From Candidatus Angelobacter sp. (GTDB lineage: Bacteria > Chloroflexota > Limnocylindria > QHBO01), in assembly GCA_035463095.1 (NCBI GenBank), contig DATHTR010000123.1, positions 25,058 to 89,057 on the forward strand: a stretch of 64,000 nucleotides of DNA. Reading direction: 5' to 3'. Below, in pieces: positions 1 through 7,993 of the stretch. Both the position numbers and the translations under genes were made by a program. The notes beneath the pieces are model-generated. The model searched no databases, was not told where the DNA came from, and was given only the letters and a program-made list of their open reading frames with translations. Within the stretch, counting starts at the first letter, position 1. Every line of letters begins with the position of its first letter.

Positions 1-601
1 TCGGCTCCATCTCGGCGTTCGCCGGCTGTAGCCGGATGCGGTCCTGCTCGCGGAAGAATCGCTTCAGGGTCACCCCGTTGTCTTCGAGCAGCGCCACCAC
101 GATGTCGCCGTCGCGGGCCGTCGCCTGGGGCTGGACGATGACGAAGTCGCCGTCGTCGATCAGGGCGTCGATCATGCTCTTGCCCCGCACTCGGAGGACG
201 TAGGAGTCCTCACGGGCGTCGAGCGATCGCGGCACCTCGAGCGTCTCGGCAGCCTCCTCGTAGGCCTCGATCGGCTGGCCCGCGGCGATTTCGCCCATGA
301 CCGGCAGCGAGAGCGTCTCCCGCTCGACCGGCATCCTGAATGGCGTCACCTTCGAGGGGTCGGCCGGCCGGGGCGTTCGATGCGCGGCCGCCGTCACGCG
401 CAGCGCACGCGAGTGCTTGCCGCCGCGCTCGAGCAGGCCGTCCTTCTCCAGGGCCAGCAGGTGATGGTGCACCGCGCTGGTGGAGGCCAGGCCGACCTCG
501 TTCGCAATCTCGCGGACCGAAGGCGGGTAGCCGCGCTCCGCGACGGTGCGGACGATGCAGTCGAGAATCCGCTGCCGCCGCTCCACGTCGTGTCTCGTCA
601 A
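1..601 (-). CDS. lexA: LexA repressor; C-terminal end runs off the window start
   Basis: Minus-strand translation from TTG at 601 gives LTRHDVERRQRILDCIVRTVAERGYPPSVREIANEVGLASTSAVHHHLLALEKDGLLER (winged HTH). It continues with the AAG cleavage site (VMGEIAAGQPI) and the S24 peptidase motif VRGKSMIDALIDDGDFVIV. A GGAGG lies 6 nt upstream of the TTG. Confidence 0.9.
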   Translation of the reverse strand, partial: MTRHDVERRQRILDCIVRTVAERGYPPSVREIANEVGLASTSAVHHHLLALEKDGLLERGGKHSRALRVTAAAHRTPRPADPSKVTPFRMPVERETLSLPVMGEIAAGQPIEAYEEAAETLEVPRSLDAREDSYVLRVRGKSMIDALIDDGDFVIVQPQATARDGDIVVALLEDNGVTLKRFFREQDRIRLQPANAEMEP

Positions 602-636
602 GGGGCTCCTCCGCGCTGGGCGTGCGTGTGGCGTTC

Positions 637-666
637 ACCGTAGCAGAACGCATGTTCTAATGTCAA
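637..666 (-). promoter_or_regulatory. Putative lexA promoter, TTGACA-N18-TACGGT
   Basis: On the minus strand, TTGACA is the complement of 661-666 and TACGGT is the complement of 637-642. The SOS box occupies the 18-nt spacer. Confidence 0.5.
645..658. promoter_or_regulatory. SOS box (Cheo/actinobacterial type), AGAAC-GCAT-GTTCT
   Basis: Perfect GAAC-N4-GTTC palindrome at 646-657, 44 nt upstream of the lexA start. It sits in the spacer of the putative lexA promoter. Confidence 0.8.
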
Positions 667-729
667 ACCCAACGCCGAGCTGGCCTCTGCTATCATCGGC
701 AACCCGCCGATCCCGATCTGGAGCTCCGC

Positions 730-1218
730 GTGAACCTCTCCAACCGCTGGCGCTACCTGCGCCTGGCCCGTCTCGTCGTCCGCCTGCCGACCTACGCTCG
801 CATGGTGTGGGGCATCATGCGCGATCCGCGAACCCCCATCGGCCTGAAGGCGATCCTCGGCGCGGCGCTGGCCTACGTGATCATGCCGGTCGACCTCATC
901 CCCGACGCCATCCCGATCATCGGGCAGGCGGACGACCTGACCGTGCTGCTGCTGACGCTGGACCTCTTCATCCAGAACGCGCCGGCCGACGTGCGCGCCG
1001 AGCATTCGGCCCGTGCCCGCAACGGCACCGCCGACCTGGACCGAGACCTTGCGAGGCTGCGCGGAGTGCTCGGGCATCGATTCGATCGGATCGCCGACGA
1101 CCTGCCGGAGCTGCTGGACCGATACGGCCGCCTCCGTGACCCGGAAGAGCTGAAGCACGCCCTCGCCGCCTGGCGACGCGGGCGCCTGCATCGAACATCA
1201 CCAGAGGAGCTGACGTGA
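730..1218 (+). CDS. DUF1232 (YkvA-like) membrane protein
   Basis: GTG start. Carries the family signature PVDLIPDAIPIIGQADDLTVLLL. The stop overlaps the rplI start (GTGA). Confidence 0.75.
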   Translation: MNLSNRWRYLRLARLVVRLPTYARMVWGIMRDPRTPIGLKAILGAALAYVIMPVDLIPDAIPIIGQADDLTVLLLTLDLFIQNAPADVRAEHSARARNGTADLDRDLARLRGVLGHRFDRIADDLPELLDRYGRLRDPEELKHALAAWRRGRLHRTSPEELT

Positions 1219-1664
1219 AGGTCATCCTGAAGCGCGACGTGAAAGGCCTCGGCCACGAGGGCGACCTCAAGGAGGTCAAGGACGGCTACGCGCGCAACTT
1301 CCTGCTGCCGAGCGGCGCCGCGGTCCTGGCCGACAAGGGCGCACTGGCGAACTGGGAGCGCCACCGTGATCAGCGTGAGGAGCGCGACCGGGCCTTCCGC
1401 GCGGACGCCGAAGCGACGGCCGAGAAGCTGCGCGAGCTGGCCCTGGAGATCCCGGTCAAGGCCGGTGAGCGCGGCCGCCTGTTCGGCGCCGTGACGAGCC
1501 ACCAGGTTGCCGACTTCATCAACCGCTCCGGCATCGAGCTCGATCGGCATGCGCTCCATATGCGCGAGCCCATCAAGGCGCTCGGCGACTACAAGGTCGA
1601 CGTGCGGCTGATGCCCGGCGTCGAGGCCGTCGTCACCGTGCACGTGGTCGCCGCCGAGGCCTGA
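1215..1664 (+). CDS. rplI: 50S ribosomal protein L9
   Basis: MKVILKRDVKGLGHEGDLKEVKDGYARNFLLP matches the typical bL9 N-terminus. GAGGAG SD 5-6 nt upstream. 149 aa. Confidence 0.93.
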   Translation: MKVILKRDVKGLGHEGDLKEVKDGYARNFLLPSGAAVLADKGALANWERHRDQREERDRAFRADAEATAEKLRELALEIPVKAGERGRLFGAVTSHQVADFINRSGIELDRHALHMREPIKALGDYKVDVRLMPGVEAVVTVHVVAAEA

Positions 1665-1866
1665 CGCGTGTGCTGGCCCGTTGCGCCGCGCTTCGCGCAG
1701 GTCGGCGCCAGATGACGAGTCGCACGCGAGGCCGCCGGCACGCTCCGGGGCGTCAGCCGCACCCGGCGGACCGCACTCGGGACGAGCGCGCCGCGCCCCA
1801 CCCGTCGACCGTGATGGTCACCGAGCGCGCTCGATCCTGGTCCGTGATGACGGAGGGAGCGACGAG

Positions 1867-2280
1867 GTGATCACCCGCGACGCCGCCCGCCGCTGGGCCG
1901 ATACGTGGCGCGTCGCGTGGGAGGCGCTCGACCCGGAGCCGATCGTCGCCCTCTACGCGCCGGGCGCCGTGTTCTCGTCCGAGCCCTTCCGCGAGGCCGT
2001 CGTCGGCCCGAGCGGCGTCCGTGCCTACGTCGCGCGCGTCTTCGCCGAGGAGGACGCTCCGCGGGTGTGGACCTCCGAGCCGATCGTCGACGGTGATCGC
2101 GCGGCGATCACGTGGTGGGCCGCGCTCGGCGAGGATGGCGAGGACGCGACCCTGGCCGGCACGTCGGTGCTGCGCTTCGACGGCGACGGGCTCGTCGTCC
2201 AGCAGTGGGACGCCTGGAACGCGGCGCCCGGCCGCCGCGAACCGACCTCGGGCACGCCGGTGACCGATCCGGACGCCTGA
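1867..2280 (+). CDS. SnoaL/NTF2-like fold protein
   Basis: Only the C-terminal ~137 aa of ORF 1681..2280 looks protein-like (WRVAWEALDPEPIVALYAPGAVF...GDGLVVQQWDAW). GTG at 1867 was chosen because of a GGAGGGA SD 8 nt upstream. Confidence 0.55.
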   Translation: MITRDAARRWADTWRVAWEALDPEPIVALYAPGAVFSSEPFREAVVGPSGVRAYVARVFAEEDAPRVWTSEPIVDGDRAAITWWAALGEDGEDATLAGTSVLRFDGDGLVVQQWDAWNAAPGRREPTSGTPVTDPDA

Positions 2281-2340
2281 GCTGTCGCGATCCGCTGCGT
2301 AGATCAGGCGCGCGGACGGCTGGAGCGAGGCCGGCCGACG

Positions 2341-2373
2341 CTGTCCACATCCGCGGGACGCGGCTGTGGACAG
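2341..2373. other. 33-nt inverted repeat whose arms are DnaA-box-like 9-mers (CTGTCCACA)
   Basis: CTGTCCACAtCCGCG-gga-CGCGGcTGTGGACAG forms 14 bp with one mismatch and a 3-nt loop. It lies 60 nt after the SnoaL stop and 175 nt before dnaB. Function is unknown (terminator and/or DnaA site). Confidence 0.5.
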
Positions 2374-2548
2374 GTTCGTTGATAAGCCGATTGAGGGGGT
2401 CGGGAGGTTCGGTCAGGATGATGGTGCGCCCGGTGCTCGACGGTCCCCATCAGCTCGGACCGGCCGGGCGCTCATCGCGCCCTGGAGGAGGAGGATTGTC
2501 CCGTCGTGCCCGTCGCCGGCTGCCCATGACCCCGCGAGATCAGCACCG

Positions 2549-3895
2549 ATGAGCATCGACAAGCTGGCGCCACAGGCGGTCGAGGCGGAGCAGAGCGTCC
2601 TCGGCTCGATCCTCATCGACGCGGACGCGATCCTGCGCGTCGGCGACTTCCTGAGACCGGCCGACTTCTACCGCGCGCAGCACGCCGACATCTACGAGGC
2701 GATGCTCGCCCTTCACGGGCAGCGCGAGCCGATCGACCTCGTCACCCTCGGCGACGAGCTGACGCGGCGGGATCGGCTCGACGCGGTGGGCGGCCCCGCG
2801 TACCTCGCCTCCCTCATGAACAGCGTGCCGACCGCCGTCCACGCCGAGCATTACGGCAGGATCGTCGAACGCAAGGCCGTCCTCCGCAACCTGATCGGCG
2901 CGGCCGGCAAGATCGCGGCCGTCGGGTACGAGGAGGCCAACGACGCCGAGGTGGCGATCGACCGTGCCGAGTCGATCCTGTTCGAGATCAGCCAGCGCCG
3001 GACCGATGGCGGCTTCGACTCCCTGTCGATCCTCCTCGGGCAGGCGTACGACCGCCTCGAGTACCTCCACGAGCACCGCGGCCAGATCATCGGCATCCCC
3101 ACCGGCCTCTCGCAGCTGGACGCGCTGCTTGGCGGTTTCCAGCCCTCGGACCTCATCATCCTCGCCGCCCGTCCATCGGTCGGAAAGACGTCGATGGCGC
3201 TGAACATCGCGCAGCACGCCGCAGTGCGCGAGAACAGGAAGGTGGCGGTCTTCAGCCTCGAGATGAGCAAGGAGCAGCTCGCCCTGCGGCTGCTGTCGGC
3301 CGAGTCGGGGATCAACCCGCGCCCGCTGCAGACCGGGTTCGTCGACGAGACGGACTGGAGCAAGATCGCGACGGTCATGAACGACATGGCCTCGGCACCG
3401 ATGTGGATCGACGACTCCCCGGCACTCTCGGTGATGGAGCTTCGGACGAAGGCCCGACGTCTGGAGGCGGAGCAGCACGGCCTCGACCTGGTCATCGTCG
3501 ACTACCTGCAGCTCATGCAGGCCTCCACACCATCGAAGGACGCGAACCGGGTCCAGGAGGTGAGCGAGATCAGCCGTGGCCTGAAACAGCTCGCCCGCGA
3601 GCTCAAGGTCCCGGTGGTCGCGCTCTCCCAGCTGTCGCGCGGCGTGGAGCAGCGTGGGACCGCCGAGCCGCGCCTGTCGGACCTCCGGGAGTCCGGCTCG
3701 ATCGAGCAGGACGCGGATGTCGTCATCTTCCTGTACCGCGAGGGAGAGCAGAACCCCGATGCGGAGGTGGAGCTCCTCAAGGCCAAGGTCGCCAAGCACC
3801 GCAACGGGCCGATCGGCGAGGTCCCGCTCCAGTTCCGCAAGGCCAACACCCGGTTCTACACGGTCGCGGCACGGGAGGAGATCGCCGCCTACTGA
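2549..3895 (+). CDS. dnaB: Replicative DNA helicase DnaB
   Basis: MSIDKLAPQAVEAEQSVLGSILID is the typical N-terminus. Walker A is ARPSVGKTSMAL. 448 aa, so no intein. The upstream part of ORF 2366 is not DnaB-like. Confidence 0.92.
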   Translation: MSIDKLAPQAVEAEQSVLGSILIDADAILRVGDFLRPADFYRAQHADIYEAMLALHGQREPIDLVTLGDELTRRDRLDAVGGPAYLASLMNSVPTAVHAEHYGRIVERKAVLRNLIGAAGKIAAVGYEEANDAEVAIDRAESILFEISQRRTDGGFDSLSILLGQAYDRLEYLHEHRGQIIGIPTGLSQLDALLGGFQPSDLIILAARPSVGKTSMALNIAQHAAVRENRKVAVFSLEMSKEQLALRLLSAESGINPRPLQTGFVDETDWSKIATVMNDMASAPMWIDDSPALSVMELRTKARRLEAEQHGLDLVIVDYLQLMQASTPSKDANRVQEVSEISRGLKQLARELKVPVVALSQLSRGVEQRGTAEPRLSDLRESGSIEQDADVVIFLYREGEQNPDAEVELLKAKVAKHRNGPIGEVPLQFRKANTRFYTVAAREEIAAY

Positions 3896-4070
3896 GCGGC
3901 CAAGCGTTCGCCGATCGGCCGAGGGCTTGAAATCGGGGTGTACACTCCGGCGCTAGAGCGACCCGGTCCCGAGCGTCTGACCCGAGTTCGGTGGAATTCT
4001 CCTCGTATCTCGCAGATCGCGACCGTCCAATCGGGGATCGGTCGTGCGAGAGAAGGAGGCACTGGAGAGG

Positions 4071-4379
4071 GTGTACGCCGACAAGACCATCAGCTGTCGC
4101 GACTGCGGGATGGACTTCGTCTTCTCGGCCGGCGAGCAGGAGTTCTACGCCAGCAAGGGGCTCGTCAACGAGCCGCAGCGCTGCCAGAGCTGCCGTGCCG
4201 TCGCCAAGCAGAACCGAGCGCTGGGGATCAGCACCGGCGGCGGGGGCAACGGCCAGCGGGAGATGCACGCGGCCGTGTGCGCCGAATGCGGTGGACAGGC
4301 GCTGGTTCCGTTCCTGCCGCGCAACGACCGGCCGGTCTACTGCAGCAACTGCTTCGACAAGGTCCGCGCCCGAGGCTGA
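4071..4379 (+). CDS. Small double zinc-ribbon protein (zf-trcl-like)
   Basis: Two ribbons: CRDCGMDFVFSAGEQEFYASKGLVNEPQRCQSCR and CAECGGQALVPFLPRNDRPVYCSNCF. GTG at 4071 is preferred over 4044 because GAAGGAGG at 4052-4059 lies 11 nt upstream. Confidence 0.75.
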   Translation: MYADKTISCRDCGMDFVFSAGEQEFYASKGLVNEPQRCQSCRAVAKQNRALGISTGGGGNGQREMHAAVCAECGGQALVPFLPRNDRPVYCSNCFDKVRARG

Positions 4380-4403
4380 CTCCGGCGGATTCCGAGGCAA
4401 TCG

Positions 4404-4430
4404 AACGCCGCCCCGCCCCGGGCGGCGTTT
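4404..4430 (+). terminator. GC-rich stem-loop terminator after the zinc-ribbon gene
   Basis: AACGCCGCCC-cgcccc-GGGCGGCGTT forms a 10-bp perfect stem with a 6-nt loop, followed by T. It starts 25 nt after the stop codon. Confidence 0.6.
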
Positions 4431-4495
4431 CGCGTCCCGGCGGCGGACGGTACGATGAGCGCCTCCCCGCATCACGAGGTCCTTGCCGCCGCGCC

Positions 4496-5809
4496 ATGTC
4501 CGTCATCGCCGTCGTCGGCGCCCAGTGGGGCGACGAGGGAAAGGGCCGCGTCGTCGACTACCTCGCGGCCGATGCCGAGCTCGTGGTCCGCTATGGCGGC
4601 GGGAACAATGCCGGCCACACCGTGGTCAACCCGCACGGCCATTTCAAGCTCCACCTGATCCCATCGGGCATCTTCCACGAACGAACCCGCAACCTGCTGG
4701 GCAACGGGGTGGTCATCAACCCGCCCGCGCTCGTGGCCGAGCTCGACGGCCTGGCTGCCGCGGGCTTCGATGGCGGGAACCTCTTCATCAGCGACCGGGC
4801 GCACCTGGTCATGCCGTACCACGTGCTCTTCGACCAGCTCGAGGAGCGCGAGCGCGGAGCGGGGAAGCTCGGGACCACCTCGCGCGGCATCGGCCCGGCG
4901 TACGTCGACAAGGTCGCCCGCCGTGGCCTGCGAGTCGTGGATCTCATGGAGCCGAACGTCTTCCGCCAGCGCCTCGCCGCCGCCCTGCCCCGCATCCGGC
5001 GGCTGGCCGAGAGCTACGCCGACGCCGAGATGGCCGATGCGATCGCCGAGGCGACCGACCTGGGAGCGATCACCGATGCCTACCTCGCCGCCGGCGACCG
5101 CCTGCGCCGTCACGTCGTCGACGGACAGGCCCTCGTCGACGAGGCCCTGGAGCGCGGCGAGCGGATCCTGCTCGAGGGCCAGCTCGGGACGATGCGCGAC
5201 ATCGATTGGGGCATCTACCCGTACGTCACCAGCTCGTCGCCGATCCCCGGTGGCGCGAGCCTGGGCGCCGGGCTGCCGGCGGTTGCCATCGACCGCGTGG
5301 TCGGCGTCGCCAAGGCCTACACCACCGCCGTCGGGACGGGTCCGCTTCCGACCGAGCTCGGGGACGCGGACGGGGAGGCCCTCCGGGAGCGCGGCATCGA
5401 GTACGGCACCTCCACCGGCCGGGCGCGGCGCTGTGGCTGGTACGACGCCGTCGCGGTCCGCTTCAGCGTCCGGCTGGCCGGGTACTCGACCATCGCCCTG
5501 ACCAAGCTCGACGTCCTCGACCGTTTCGAGCGCATCCGGATCGCCGCCGCCTACCGCGACCCCGCGGACGGCCGGGAATGGACGACCGTGCCGGCGTCGA
5601 CATCGATCTATGAGCGGCTGGAGCCGGTGTACGAGGACCTTCCAGGGTGGCAGGCCGATACGACCGCCTGCCGCACCTGGACCGATCTGCCCGCGGCGGC
5701 GCGGGCGTACGTCGAGCGGCTCGAGGCCCTGGCGGGCGTGCCGATCGGGCACGTCAGCGTCGGGCCCGAGCGCGACCAGATGATCATTCGCAGGGGAGGA
5801 CCGGCGTGA
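4496..5809 (+). CDS. purA: Adenylosuccinate synthetase
   Basis: MSVIAVVGAQWGDEGKGRVVDYLA contains the P-loop GDEGKG. 437 aa from the ATG at 4496, in frame within ORF 3938..5809. Confidence 0.93.
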   Translation: MSVIAVVGAQWGDEGKGRVVDYLAADAELVVRYGGGNNAGHTVVNPHGHFKLHLIPSGIFHERTRNLLGNGVVINPPALVAELDGLAAAGFDGGNLFISDRAHLVMPYHVLFDQLEERERGAGKLGTTSRGIGPAYVDKVARRGLRVVDLMEPNVFRQRLAAALPRIRRLAESYADAEMADAIAEATDLGAITDAYLAAGDRLRRHVVDGQALVDEALERGERILLEGQLGTMRDIDWGIYPYVTSSSPIPGGASLGAGLPAVAIDRVVGVAKAYTTAVGTGPLPTELGDADGEALRERGIEYGTSTGRARRCGWYDAVAVRFSVRLAGYSTIALTKLDVLDRFERIRIAAAYRDPADGREWTTVPASTSIYERLEPVYEDLPGWQADTTACRTWTDLPAAARAYVERLEALAGVPIGHVSVGPERDQMIIRRGGPA

Positions 5810-6708
5810 AGCTCGGCATCATCGTCCCGCAGGGTTGGACGGGGGACTACGACGGCTGGGAGCCGGAGCGCGCCTGGCGGCGAACGGTCGCGGTGGCGCA
5901 GCAGGCGGAGCGCATCGGCGCCGAGTCGGTCTGGCTCTTCGACCACTTCCACACCGTCCCGCGCCCGACCGACGAGATCACCTTCGAGTCGTTCACCTCG
6001 CTCGCGGCGCTCGCCGCGATGACCGAGCGGGTCCGCCTCGGCCAGATCGTGATCTGCAACGGCTTCCGCAACCCGGCCCTCGTCGCGAAGATGGCGTCCA
6101 CCCTCGACACCATCTCTGGCGGTCGGTTCGAGCTCGGCATCGGCGCCGGCTGGAAGCGCGACGAATGGCTGGCGTACGGGTACGGCTTCCCCGAGACCCG
6201 CGAGCGGCTGGCGATGCTCCACGACGCGCTCGAGGTCATCGGTCGGATGTTCGAAGGCGATGCGTCGTCGCATGCCACGTACGGCGGCGAGCACCACTCC
6301 GTGTCCGGTGCTCGGAATGTCCCCAAGCCGGTCCAGTCGACCGGGATGCCGATCATGGTCGGCGGCAACGGGCCGAAGGTGACCTGGCGCCTCGCCGCCC
6401 GCTACGCCGACGAGCTGAACGTCGACGGCCTCTCGCCCGACGAGCTGCGGGAGGCGCTCCCGACCATCCGCGCGCGGTGCGAGGAGATCGGCCGGGATCC
6501 GGAATCGCTGGCACTCTCGGTCCACGTGTGGTGGGGCACCGAGGCGTGGCGGGACGGAGGCGAGCCGCGCCGTGAGCTGCTCGCCGCCTACGCCGAGCTC
6601 GGCGTCCGCCGGGTCATGGGCCTGCTCCAGGCATCGGCCGACTCGGACGAGGCGCTCGAAGCGCTCGCCGACGATGCTCGGGCCGTGGGGATGGACCTGG
6701 CGGGCTGA
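5806..6708 (+). CDS. Luciferase-like monooxygenase (LLM) family oxidoreductase, F420/flavin-dependent type
   Basis: VKLGIIVPQG...ESVWLFDHFH...LGIGAGW are typical LLM features. The GTG start overlaps the purA stop (GTGA). Confidence 0.8.
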   Translation: MKLGIIVPQGWTGDYDGWEPERAWRRTVAVAQQAERIGAESVWLFDHFHTVPRPTDEITFESFTSLAALAAMTERVRLGQIVICNGFRNPALVAKMASTLDTISGGRFELGIGAGWKRDEWLAYGYGFPETRERLAMLHDALEVIGRMFEGDASSHATYGGEHHSVSGARNVPKPVQSTGMPIMVGGNGPKVTWRLAARYADELNVDGLSPDELREALPTIRARCEEIGRDPESLALSVHVWWGTEAWRDGGEPRRELLAAYAELGVRRVMGLLQASADSDEALEALADDARAVGMDLAG

Positions 6709-6802
6709 CGGGGGACCATCGGCCCACTCGGCGTCCTTGACCGACCCGACTAGACTGCACCGTCCGTTGACCGCACGCACCCACCGCTCACCTCGAGGAC
6801 GC

Positions 6803-7945
6803 ATGCCAGGACCATGGGGCCAGACGGTGATCGCCGTCGTCTGGGACTTCGACAAGACGCTCATCCCGGGCAACATGCAGAGCCCGCTCTTCGCCCGCTA
6901 CGGCGTGGACGAGCGAGCGTTCTGGGACGAGGTGGACGGACTGCGCGACTTCTACCTCGCCCATGGCGCGCGACGCGTGGCCGATGACGCCCTCTACCTG
7001 AACCACATCCTCGAGTACGTTCGCGCCGGCGCCTTCGGCGGGTTGTCGAACGCGGTTCTGCATGAGCTCGGCGCCGAGCTGACCTTCCACCCCGGCATGC
7101 CGGAGTTCCTGGCCACGCTGACCGCCACGGTCGAGGACGACCCGACGTTCGCCCGCGCCGACATCACCGTCGAGCACTACGTGGTCAGCACCGGCCTGCG
7201 TCCGATGATCGAGGGCAGCGCCGTCCGCCCGTACCTGACCGACGTGTGGGCCTGCGAGTTCATCGAGGCGCATCACCCGCCCGGGTACGCGAAGCCGGAG
7301 CAGCGCCAGCTCTTCCCGCGGCGAGAGATCACCGAGCTCGGCTACCAGATCGACAACACGAGCAAGACCCGCGCGCTGTTCGAGATCAACAAGGGCACGA
7401 ACAAGCGCCCCGAGATCCACGTCAACTCGCACCTCCCCGACGAGCTGCGCCGGGTGCCGTTCGAGCACATGATCTACGTCGCGGATGGACCGTCGGACGT
7501 CCCTGCCTGGTCGGTGGTGCGTCACAACGGCGGCATGGCGTTCGGCGTCTACCAGCGCGGGTCGATCGCCCAGTTCGAACAGATCAACTCCCTCCAGCGC
7601 GACGGTCGCATCCACGCCTTCGCGGAGGCCGATTACACGCCCGACTCGACCGCCTACCTGTGGCTCACGACCGAGGTGCGCCGGATCGCGGAGCGGATCG
7701 TCGAGGAGCGAGAGAGCTCGCTGCGACGGGCGGTGCGTGCCGCCCCGCGCCATGTCGACGATGCCCCGGCGGCAACTCCGACCGACGAGCCGATGGCGCA
7801 GCCGGACGAGGGGCCGCGCCAGGATGCAGCCCCCGCCGACCACGGTCGCTCGGTCGCCGACGAGCTGCGCGACCGCATCCGCGCCTCGCTCGGCGATGAG
7901 GATGCCGCGCCGCGCACCTCCAGCGACGAGCGGCTCCGCTCCTGA
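6803..7945 (+). CDS. HAD-superfamily hydrolase-like protein with an acidic/Arg-rich C-terminal tail
   Basis: Motif I is VVWDFDKTL (DxDxT). The late motif is YVADGPSDVP. ATG at 6803 lies within ORF 6572..7945. Confidence 0.65.
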   Translation: MPGPWGQTVIAVVWDFDKTLIPGNMQSPLFARYGVDERAFWDEVDGLRDFYLAHGARRVADDALYLNHILEYVRAGAFGGLSNAVLHELGAELTFHPGMPEFLATLTATVEDDPTFARADITVEHYVVSTGLRPMIEGSAVRPYLTDVWACEFIEAHHPPGYAKPEQRQLFPRREITELGYQIDNTSKTRALFEINKGTNKRPEIHVNSHLPDELRRVPFEHMIYVADGPSDVPAWSVVRHNGGMAFGVYQRGSIAQFEQINSLQRDGRIHAFAEADYTPDSTAYLWLTTEVRRIAERIVEERESSLRRAVRAAPRHVDDAPAATPTDEPMAQPDEGPRQDAAPADHGRSVADELRDRIRASLGDEDAAPRTSSDERLRS

Positions 7946-7993
7946 CGAGCGCGGCCGGCCGATCCGGCACGCGCCCTGCCTCGTAGCCATCTC

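Noticed and set aside
2549-3895. Intein in dnaB, which is common in some actinobacteria and cyanobacteria
   Set aside because: The protein is 448 aa with contiguous helicase motifs. There is no insertion.
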